From positions 1-43,636 of the IMG/VR virus record IMGVR_UViG_3300048592_000242: 43,636 nt of DNA; one strand, given 5' to 3'. A model generated the notes under the pieces. The model was not told the origin of the DNA and did not search any database. It saw only the letters and a program-made list of their open reading frames with translations. The position numbers and the translations under genes are program-made. Shown here piece after piece: positions 26,708-34,451 of the stretch. This DNA is from a virus. Its lineage: Duplodnaviria; Caudoviricetes. The number at the start of each line of letters is the position of its first letter. The first letter of the stretch is position 1.

Positions 26708-26732
26708 AAGGGCTGGCTCCGGCCGGCCCTTT
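26708..26732 (+). terminator. Hairpin, possible terminator
   Basis: aagggctggc-tccg-gccggcccttt. Confidence 0.5.
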
Positions 26733-26758
26733 CACTATCTGGACGAGGACGATTCGAC

Positions 26759-27055
26759 ATGGCTGAACTTCTTGCAATCGGGACGGCGGCGGCGGATTCG
26801 GACGAGTTCTCCGTGACCGCGGCAGCGCCAGTCGCTCTCTACATCAAGACCACGGCGAACGCGCCTGCTGACGGCGTGACGTTCATCCTGCAGTACAAGA
26901 AAGCCGACGGTACGACCTGGCAGAACATCGCGGCGCTGGACGCGAGCAACATCCTTGAGAAAGGAAACATCGTCGGCGCCGGCACGTTCCGCGTGAGCCG
27001 CGTGGCCAGCGTGCTGAATGCGGCAGGCATGGACTACGAGGGCGCTGCGGCGTGA
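26759..27055 (+). CDS. Small beta-rich virion protein, possible spike base/decoration
   Basis: 98 aa, alternating beta-strand pattern; GAGGA RBS; coupled to next gene. Confidence 0.6.
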   Translation: MAELLAIGTAAADSDEFSVTAAAPVALYIKTTANAPADGVTFILQYKKADGTTWQNIAALDASNILEKGNIVGAGTFRVSRVASVLNAAGMDYEGAAA

Positions 27056-28470
27056 TCCTGTCGCCTGTGCTGCGGCCAATCCTGGGCGGCGTGGTTCGCG
27101 CCATTGGCGCCCCCGGCACCGGCGGCGGGGGTGGGCCGGCCTATGAGTCGTTCGATACTCGCCAGTGGGCGACTGCGCTCTATGACCCTGCCGGCTACGT
27201 CGGCAGCGGCGTTGACCTTGGCGGCAAGACGCACCCGACGCCACCGACGTACAGCGGCGCGGCCCCGCAGCGGTTTGAGCGCACCTATATGCCGTTTTAC
27301 GGGCAGTCCTTGTCCGTTGGCGGCTCGGGGTTCCCGGCCCTATCCACGGAAGTCAGTGCCGTCGATGAAATGTGGGTGCGCGGTATGCGCCCGGAGGATG
27401 ACTATCACACCGAGAACGCCGCGATATGGTACGCCTCGGTGGTGCCGGCTGCGGAAAGCATCAGCCCGCGCTATGCCACGCAGGGCGAAACGCCGGGGCG
27501 TGGCTTTGCCGATGCGGTGCGCGAATTCGTCCGCAACGACTACGCCAGCGAGGGCTTGAAGTTTCACCTTGTCGCGCCTGGGCAGGGCGGCATCGAAATC
27601 ATCAAGCTATTGAAGGGTGACGTAAGCGGCTACTACGCCCGGATGCCGACGCAGATGGCGGCGCTGGCTGCGCTCAAGTCCGGCGTGGAAACCGTGGGCA
27701 TGGAGGCGATGCCGTTCATCCACGGCGAACGCGATTACCTGCTGGCGACCACGCAGGCCAATTACCTGTCCCGCCTGACCACGCTTTGCGCGGACATTGC
27801 CGCCGACGCCATCACGGAGTTCGGGCAGGCCAACACCGTGCAAGTGCTGGGAACACAGGTGGCATCGCACATCGTCAACAACAATCAGGTCAATGCACAG
27901 ATTGCCTTGGCCCAGCTTGAGGCCGACACCACCATCAGCAACTTCCACCTCGTTTGCCCCATGTACCCACTGCCGTTCAAGGGAGCCGACGTTCACCTGT
28001 CGGCCTACGGTTATGTGTGGCTGGGCGCGTATATCGCACTGGCCTACAAGCGCATCATCACCGACGACGTGGGCTGGGAAATCGTCAAGCCGCTTAGTTA
28101 CTCGACCGTGGGCGCGGTGTGCGAAATCACCTACAACGTCCCGACCGTGGCCGGCATCACGAACGAATTGGTGTGGGACACCACGCAGGTTCCCGCGCAG
28201 ACCAACCACGGCTTCCGGCTGTTCGATAGCGGCGGCTCCCCGCTGACCATTTCCTCCGTCGCAATCTCGGGCGGCGATACGGTGGTCATCACCGCCGCCG
28301 CGCCTATTCCGGTCGGGGCGTACATCGACTACGCCCGCCAAGGCGACGCGACCAAGGGGCTGGGCAACCTGCGCGACCGGGCCGGCGAAGTGCTACGGGC
28401 GCAGACCCGCAACTTCGACTTCCCGCTGCACAACTGGGCCGTCATCAGCGCATCGGGAGCTATCGCATGA
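27052..28470 (+). CDS. SGNH/sialate O-acetylesterase-like protein, probable virion appendage
   Basis: GQSLS, GQGG, IHGERD and DVH blocks; N-terminal hydrophobic peptide plus Gly linker. Confidence 0.75.
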   Translation: MILSPVLRPILGGVVRAIGAPGTGGGGGPAYESFDTRQWATALYDPAGYVGSGVDLGGKTHPTPPTYSGAAPQRFERTYMPFYGQSLSVGGSGFPALSTEVSAVDEMWVRGMRPEDDYHTENAAIWYASVVPAAESISPRYATQGETPGRGFADAVREFVRNDYASEGLKFHLVAPGQGGIEIIKLLKGDVSGYYARMPTQMAALAALKSGVETVGMEAMPFIHGERDYLLATTQANYLSRLTTLCADIAADAITEFGQANTVQVLGTQVASHIVNNNQVNAQIALAQLEADTTISNFHLVCPMYPLPFKGADVHLSAYGYVWLGAYIALAYKRIITDDVGWEIVKPLSYSTVGAVCEITYNVPTVAGITNELVWDTTQVPAQTNHGFRLFDSGGSPLTISSVAISGGDTVVITAAAPIPVGAYIDYARQGDATKGLGNLRDRAGEVLRAQTRNFDFPLHNWAVISASGAIA

Positions 28471-29273
28471 CTACTGGACTGAAAGCACTGGTTCCGGGGG
28501 CGGACTACTCCGATAGCGCCGTGGGGACGATTGGCCCGTACACGTCGGTAGACCTTGAGGGGCTGTTTGACCTGCGGGTTGACCATGAGTACGGGCGCTA
28601 CAACCACGCCGGCCTCAACGCCAACCCGTGCCTGCTCAACCGCGCGTCCCCGCCGACGTACACCTCTGGCCATATGCAGACCACGGCGGTCGGCCAGATG
28701 GCGTTCCCGCATGGCCCGCTGCACAACAGCGACAACACCATGTTCGGCATCTTTGAGATTCACCGGGTGGGCGGCTCTATCCCGCAGTCGCCGTGCGGGC
28801 TGTCTATCTCTACATCCCCCCACATGCGCGGGCAGTTCCTGTTCGCCAACGGCCCGAACTTCCTGCGGCTCTACACCTACACCCGCGCCGCGCCGGACAA
28901 CTTCTTGTCCGCAGGCACCCAGCGGTTTGCCAGCTACACCCTGCCGGGCGGCGGGTCGCTGGACAATCAGATGGCGCTGGTGGTGGGCGTCATCCGCAAT
29001 GGCGCGGGCCTCGACCTGTACATTCCGGGCGTCAATGCCGCCGCCCCGGTCGGCACGCTGTCCCTGACCGGCTCCGACCTTGTGTTCTTCGGTTCCGAGC
29101 CGGCCCAGCAGAACTTCCATGACCTGCGCTACCGGGCCAGCGGATTCGCCGGCAGCACGGAAAAGCTGCGTTGCTTTGGCTACGCGCACCGGGCGCTGTC
29201 CCTGTCGGAAATCAACACCCTGCACGCCGACCTCACCGCGTACTACGCCACCCACTCGCTGACCTTCATATGA
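28467..29273 (+). CDS. Hypothetical beta-rich protein, possibly lectin/LamG-like
   Basis: Coupled to esterase; C-terminal YAHRALSLSEI resembles ConA/LamG ends. Confidence 0.55.
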   Translation: MTTGLKALVPGADYSDSAVGTIGPYTSVDLEGLFDLRVDHEYGRYNHAGLNANPCLLNRASPPTYTSGHMQTTAVGQMAFPHGPLHNSDNTMFGIFEIHRVGGSIPQSPCGLSISTSPHMRGQFLFANGPNFLRLYTYTRAAPDNFLSAGTQRFASYTLPGGGSLDNQMALVVGVIRNGAGLDLYIPGVNAAAPVGTLSLTGSDLVFFGSEPAQQNFHDLRYRASGFAGSTEKLRCFGYAHRALSLSEINTLHADLTAYYATHSLTFI

Positions 29274-29518
29274 CCCAGCCCAAGACCAGCAAGGCCCGCA
29301 CGCGCTACGTCGTGGCCTACAACCGCAGACTGCGCCGCTGGGCGGCCACGGTGAAGGGGCAGTCGCGCCGCGAGTACCGCACCCAGCGAGAAGCCATCAC
29401 CGCCACCGCCGCCATCGCACGCACCAACCAGCCCGCCGAACTCATCATCAAGGCCCGCAACGGCGTGATCCGCGACAACCGGACCTACGGCGCGGACCCG
29501 CGAAGGAGTAAGGGATGA
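29270..29518 (+). CDS. DUF2188-like small basic protein
   Basis: W...VKG...YRTQREAI..A..IAR...ELIIKARNGVIRDNRTYGADP. Confidence 0.75.
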   Translation: MTQPKTSKARTRYVVAYNRRLRRWAATVKGQSRREYRTQREAITATAAIARTNQPAELIIKARNGVIRDNRTYGADPRRSKG

Positions 29519-29751
29519 AGTCAATCCTTCACGAAAGCGAGGAAGTGGCGAACAACGAGCGCCGGCTCGGCCAGGCGCAACGCTATTTCCCGGCGACCGT
29601 GGTCCTGCTGGACGGCCAGCGCATGCCGGCCCTGTTCACGCAGGAGCAGGTGCAGACGGCCATCGACCGGGCGCGGTACAACCCGGAGGACATGCCGCGG
29701 CTGTCGTGGTGGGACCGGGCCAAGCGGGTTTTGAGCCAGCCGCGCGAGTAG
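29515..29751 (+). CDS. Hypothetical protein
   Basis: AAGGAG RBS; ATGA coupling. Confidence 0.7.
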   Translation: MKSILHESEEVANNERRLGQAQRYFPATVVLLDGQRMPALFTQEQVQTAIDRARYNPEDMPRLSWWDRAKRVLSQPRE

Positions 29752-29796
29752 CCCGGCCGCGTAGTAAGATGCCACCACGACAAGGACAGGACGAAC

Positions 29797-30444
29797 ATGG
29801 CCAGCGTCATCGACATCTGCAACCGCGCCCTGTCCCGTGCCGGCGCGAACAATACGATTCAGGACTTGACCGAGGATACGACCGAGGCCGATCTGTGCAG
29901 CCGGAACTATGCGTCGTGCCGGGACGAGGTGTTGGAGGACTACGCCTTTAACTTCGCCCAGCGTGTCGTGACCCTGGCCGTCGTGTCGGGTGTCACCGTG
30001 CCAGGCTGGGGCTACGTCTACCGCTACCCGACCGACTGCCTGATGGCGCGGGTCATCACTGACGAGATGGGGCAGCGGCTTCCGTCGGACGTGTTCCGGC
30101 ATGACATCTGGGAGTTCGACTGGATCACGCGGCGCATGCCGTTCCAGGTGATGGCCGATCCCGTGACCGACGGCGCGAAGATCATCGTGACCGACATGCC
30201 GAACGCTTACCTGTGGTACACGAAGCGGGTGGAGGATCCCAACCAGTTCTCGGCCCTGTTCCGATCGGCGCTGGCGTGGAAACTCGGCATGGAACTGGCA
30301 CTCGGGCTCAAGGCCGGGACGCAGCTTGCCCAGAACTGTGACAACAAGTATCGCGGCGAGATTTCGCTGGCGCAGGCCAAGTCGCTGAACGAGGCAGTGC
30401 CTGACCGCCCGCCCGCGTCCCCGACGATTCAGGCGAGGAACTGA
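29797..30444 (+). CDS. Tail adaptor (tail tubular protein A-like)
   Basis: MASVIDICNRALSRAG, FNFA, YVYRYPTDCL, FRSALAWKL. Confidence 0.88.
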   Translation: MASVIDICNRALSRAGANNTIQDLTEDTTEADLCSRNYASCRDEVLEDYAFNFAQRVVTLAVVSGVTVPGWGYVYRYPTDCLMARVITDEMGQRLPSDVFRHDIWEFDWITRRMPFQVMADPVTDGAKIIVTDMPNAYLWYTKRVEDPNQFSALFRSALAWKLGMELALGLKAGTQLAQNCDNKYRGEISLAQAKSLNEAVPDRPPASPTIQARN

Positions 30445-30448
30445 CGCC

Positions 30449-31735
30449 GTGGGCCAGCCTCTTATCCAACCGACGTTCTCCGGCGGCGAACTGTCCCCGT
30501 CGTTGCAGGCGCGCGTGGACATCGAGCGATACGGGAACTCGGTCAAGACTGGCAAGAACTTCCTCGTGCGCCCGTATGGCGGCATGGTGAACCGGCCGGG
30601 TTTTGAGTACCTGGGGAATTCCAAGTCGCAGAACGGCAACGCCTACCAGGCGCGGATCATCCCGTTCGTCTACAACACCGACATCGCCTACGTCGTGGAG
30701 TTGACCGACGAACTGGCCCGGTTCTGGTTCGATGGAGCGCTGGTTCAGGCCACGACCTCGACGGCCTACAACGGCGCCACGGTGTACGGGGTTGGCGATC
30801 TGGTGGTTTCTTCGAGCATCGTGTATCGCTCGCTGCAGGCCGCGAACACGGGCAACACGCCGGCATCGTCGCCCCTGTTCTGGTTGCCGAACCCGCCGTT
30901 CGAGTTGGCCACGCCCTACGACGTGGCCGACCTGTACGCGATCAAGTTCACGCAGTCGGCCGACGTGGTGTTCCTGACGCACGAGGACTATCCGCCGCAG
31001 AAGCTATCCCGCGTCACGCCAAACTCGTTCACCATCGAGGAATTCGTGACCAAGGAAGGCCCGTTCCGCGACGTGAACGCGAACGAGGCGTTCAAGATTT
31101 CCTCGTCGGCGACGGGCGGAAACGTCACGATCACGGCGAACGCGGACATTTTCACGGCCGACATGGTGGGCCTGCTGCTCTACATGGAGGCGAAGTCGCT
31201 GGGCCAGGTCAAGCCGTGGCAGCAGGGCGACCGCGCGGTGACGGTGGGTACGATCCGGCGCTCTGACGGCAAGTCGTACCGCGCCACGGCGATCGCGTCT
31301 GGCGGCACATGGGTTGAGTCTGGCTCGTTCCGCCCGGTCCACCAGCAGGGCCGCGAGTGGGACGGCCCAGGCGACACGCGCACGAACGGCACGCAGACCT
31401 GGGCGGTCGGCATCGAGTGGGAATACCTCGATTCGGGGTACGGCATCGTGCGCCTGACGGGCTACACGAATGCGACGACCATGACCGGGACGGTCGTTCG
31501 GACGCTTCCCGGCGGCGTTGTGGGCGGACTCGGGGCGCCGGCCAACACTTGGACGTTCTCGGGCGACGGCGTGGACACGACGTTTGCCGTGACCGGCGCC
31601 ACGTCTTACTCGAACGCCGACTACCAGGTGACGATCGACGGCGTGCTGGTGCAGCCCGACCCGAACTATGTCCCGCCGGTCCCGCCGATTGATGGTGGTG
31701 GCCCTGGCGGCGGTCCTGACTTCATCGAGCCTTGA
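30449..31735 (+). CDS. Tail nozzle (tubular protein B-like), N-terminal part
   Basis: QPTFSGGELSPSL..RVD, NFLVRPYGG..RPG, FTQSADV. Confidence 0.88.
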   Translation: MGQPLIQPTFSGGELSPSLQARVDIERYGNSVKTGKNFLVRPYGGMVNRPGFEYLGNSKSQNGNAYQARIIPFVYNTDIAYVVELTDELARFWFDGALVQATTSTAYNGATVYGVGDLVVSSSIVYRSLQAANTGNTPASSPLFWLPNPPFELATPYDVADLYAIKFTQSADVVFLTHEDYPPQKLSRVTPNSFTIEEFVTKEGPFRDVNANEAFKISSSATGGNVTITANADIFTADMVGLLLYMEAKSLGQVKPWQQGDRAVTVGTIRRSDGKSYRATAIASGGTWVESGSFRPVHQQGREWDGPGDTRTNGTQTWAVGIEWEYLDSGYGIVRLTGYTNATTMTGTVVRTLPGGVVGGLGAPANTWTFSGDGVDTTFAVTGATSYSNADYQVTIDGVLVQPDPNYVPPVPPIDGGGPGGGPDFIEP

Positions 31736-31747
31736 GAGGGTAGCGAC

Positions 31748-33403
31748 ATGGCACAAGGCTGGAACGTCAACCCCGTCACCGACATCATCACCTTCTTTGA
31801 GCCGCCTGCAACTGGCACGAACAACATCGTCGTGCAGCAGTACGCCGTGCCTGCGACGGGCGGCGCGACAGACGTATTCGCGCTGTCGGCGTGGGGACCG
31901 AAGTTCGGCTATCCGTCGGACGTGGAGTTCTTCGCCGACCGGCTTTTCTTCGCTGGCAACACGGCCCAGCCGCAAACGGTTTGGGCGTCCAAGAGTGGCA
32001 ATTATCCCGACTTTGGCAAGACGGTCCCGAGCGTGGACGATGACGCCATCACGGCCACGCTGAACGCGCGGCAGGTGAACGCGATCAAGGACTTGGTGCC
32101 GCTGGACAAGCTGCTGCTGCTGACGGCGGGCGGCGAGTGGAAAACGGCGGCCGGCCAGGATGACGTTCTGACGCCAAGCACGATCGCGTTCAAACCGCAG
32201 TCGTACAACGGCGCATCCGAGGTGCCGGCGCTGGTGATCGGCAACACGGCCCTGTATGTCCAGAACCGCGGCTATATCGTGCGCGACATCGGCTACCAGT
32301 TCGAGTCGGACGGTTACACCGGGAACGACCTGACGGTGTTCGCGTCGCATATGACCGAGGGCAAGCCGATTGTTTCGTGGTGTTACCAGCAGGTTCCCTA
32401 TTCCATTGTGTGGTCTGTCCGCGATGATGGCGTGCTGCTGGCGCTGACGTACATGAAGGAACAATCGGTCGTCGCATGGACCCCGATGGAAATTGACGGG
32501 TTTGTGGAGTCGGTCTGTGCGATTCCCGAGGGCGGCGAGGATGCGGTTTACATCGTGGTCGTGCGCGAAGGTTTCCGCGCGATTGAACGCCTGACCACGC
32601 GCATGATTACCGACGTTCGGGAAGCGAAGTTCCTTGACTCGTGCCTGACCTATGATGGACGGAACACGGATGCGGACCGCATAATGACGGTCGTTGCCGA
32701 CGTTCCTGGCGACTGGTCTGTGGGCGCAGGCGTGTCCTTGAGTTGCGTCGGCGTTGTTGAGCCGTTCTCGGCTGGCGACATTGGCGACAAGGTGGTGATG
32801 GGGTACAACGCGGGCACGAACGCCGTGGTGCGAATCACTGCGTACAATGATCCGTCGCTTGTATTCGGCGTCATTGAAACGCCAGGCGTTGACACGTTCA
32901 GCCTGTACGCGACCAGCGACTGGGGCATCGCCCGCGACGTGCTGACGGGGCTCGGCCATCTGAACGGCCGGACGGTCGGCGTGCTTGCTGATGGATTCGT
33001 GCAGGAGCAGCAGACCGTATCGGGCGGCTCGATCACGCTGACCGAGCATGCGGTTCTGGCCCATGTCGGCCTGCCCTACGATTCGGATTTTGAAACGCTG
33101 GAAATCAACATTCCCGGCGTGACCACGACGCGGCTGCAGAACAAGATCGTCAAGCGTGTCGGCGTCATCGTGCAGGACTCTCGCTCGATTCAGGTCGGCC
33201 CGACGTTCGACAAACTCAAGAAGCGCGAGTCGCGGCTGGTGTCTGACGACCCGAATGGCCTTCCGTCGTTGTTCCAAGGAACGGTCCCGGTCTGGATCGA
33301 ATCGGGCTGGGTGGCGCAGGGGCGGGTTTGCATCCGGCAGTCGGATCCGCTGCCTCTGGCCCTGCTCGGCGTGATCCCCGAGATGACGGTGGGCGATCTG
33401 TGA
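31748..33403 (+). CDS. Tail nozzle, C-terminal part (same frame as 30449-31735)
   Basis: GYPS.VEFFADRLFFAG, VWAS.SG.Y.DF, VVAW, LDS, GLGHLNG, VGLPY, PLPL. Confidence 0.88.
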   Translation: MAQGWNVNPVTDIITFFEPPATGTNNIVVQQYAVPATGGATDVFALSAWGPKFGYPSDVEFFADRLFFAGNTAQPQTVWASKSGNYPDFGKTVPSVDDDAITATLNARQVNAIKDLVPLDKLLLLTAGGEWKTAAGQDDVLTPSTIAFKPQSYNGASEVPALVIGNTALYVQNRGYIVRDIGYQFESDGYTGNDLTVFASHMTEGKPIVSWCYQQVPYSIVWSVRDDGVLLALTYMKEQSVVAWTPMEIDGFVESVCAIPEGGEDAVYIVVVREGFRAIERLTTRMITDVREAKFLDSCLTYDGRNTDADRIMTVVADVPGDWSVGAGVSLSCVGVVEPFSAGDIGDKVVMGYNAGTNAVVRITAYNDPSLVFGVIETPGVDTFSLYATSDWGIARDVLTGLGHLNGRTVGVLADGFVQEQQTVSGGSITLTEHAVLAHVGLPYDSDFETLEINIPGVTTTRLQNKIVKRVGVIVQDSRSIQVGPTFDKLKKRESRLVSDDPNGLPSLFQGTVPVWIESGWVAQGRVCIRQSDPLPLALLGVIPEMTVGDL

Positions 33404-33873
33404 GCCGGGTGGTCGAAGTCGTGCCCGCCCAGGCCGAGCATATCGTGGCCATCTCGGACCGGCTGCGGCCGGCGGACGTGGCGGAACTGTGGGCCGGGAG
33501 CCGGTCGGAACCCCTTGACGCGCTCGTTCGGGCGGTCCGGGTTTCGTCGGAGTCTTGGGCTGGCGTGGTGGACGGGGAAACCATCTGCCTGTTCGGAGTG
33601 GCCCCGGTGTCGGTGCTGGGCGGCCGGGGCTCGCCTTGGATGCTGGGAACCGACGGGGTGGACCGGCATGCCGTGACGTTCCTGCGGCGCTGCCGGGCCG
33701 TCGTTTCCCGCTGGCGCTCGGTGTATCCTACGCTTGAGAACGTGGTGGACGAGCGCAACGTGGCCGCCCATCGCTGGCTCCGCTGGCTGGGGTTTACGCT
33801 TGACGAGCCGCGGCCCTACGGCCCGGACAAGATGCTGTTCCGCCCGTTCCACATGAAACCCGAGGTGGCCTGA
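33400..33873 (+). CDS. GNAT-fold virion assembly protein (T7 gp13-like)
   Basis: LRPADVAE, PWMLGT, LENVVDERNVAAHRWLRWLGF. Confidence 0.85.
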   Translation: MSRVVEVVPAQAEHIVAISDRLRPADVAELWAGSRSEPLDALVRAVRVSSESWAGVVDGETICLFGVAPVSVLGGRGSPWMLGTDGVDRHAVTFLRRCRAVVSRWRSVYPTLENVVDERNVAAHRWLRWLGFTLDEPRPYGPDKMLFRPFHMKPEVA

Positions 33874-33874
33874 A

Positions 33875-34450
33875 ATGTGCGAGCCGACTACCCTTGCGAT
33901 CATCGGTCTGGGCCTGACCGCCGTGGGCGGATACCAGCAGTACCAGGCTGGGCGCGCGAACGCCGACTACCAGGAGCAACTCGGCGAACGAAACGCCGAG
34001 ATCGGCCGACGCCAAGCCGCGCAGGAGCGCGACATCGGCAACATTGACGAGGAACGGCACCTGCGGAAAGTCCGGCAGATGCTGGGCGCCCAGCGCGCGG
34101 CCGGTGCGGCGAACGGGCTGGACATCAACTCGGGCTCGGCGCTGGACCTGCAGGCGGAAACGGCGGGGTTCGGTGCGGCTGATGCCAGCACGATTCGCTC
34201 GAATGCGCTGCGCCGCGCATGGGGGTTGGAGGTGGGCGCGGTGAACGACCTGAACGCTGGCCGGGCCGATGCCGCGGCTTCGAGGAACGCAGCGACGGGG
34301 ACGCTGATTACTACGGGCGCTAGCCTCGTTGGCCAGTTCGGGCAGGCCCGGTCGAACGGGCTGTTCTCGCGGCCGCGGTCGGGGTCGGCATCCGGCGCTG
34401 GGGCCGCGGCGGTAGGCGTAGGCCGCGGCGTCTACGGGTTCGGGGGCTGA
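33875..34450 (+). CDS. Small ejection/internal virion protein (T7 gp14-like position)
   Basis: MCEP start, GAQRAAGAANGLDINSGSALD, Ala/Gly-rich. Confidence 0.8.
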   Translation: MCEPTTLAIIGLGLTAVGGYQQYQAGRANADYQEQLGERNAEIGRRQAAQERDIGNIDEERHLRKVRQMLGAQRAAGAANGLDINSGSALDLQAETAGFGAADASTIRSNALRRAWGLEVGAVNDLNAGRADAAASRNAATGTLITTGASLVGQFGQARSNGLFSRPRSGSASGAGAAAVGVGRGVYGFGG

Positions 34451-34451
34451 C

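Noticed and set aside
31733-31735. Genome-wide TGA reassignment or selenocysteine
   Set aside because: TGA ends many genes in ATGA/GTGA overlaps, and the site is a Pro/Gly linker rather than a catalytic Cys position
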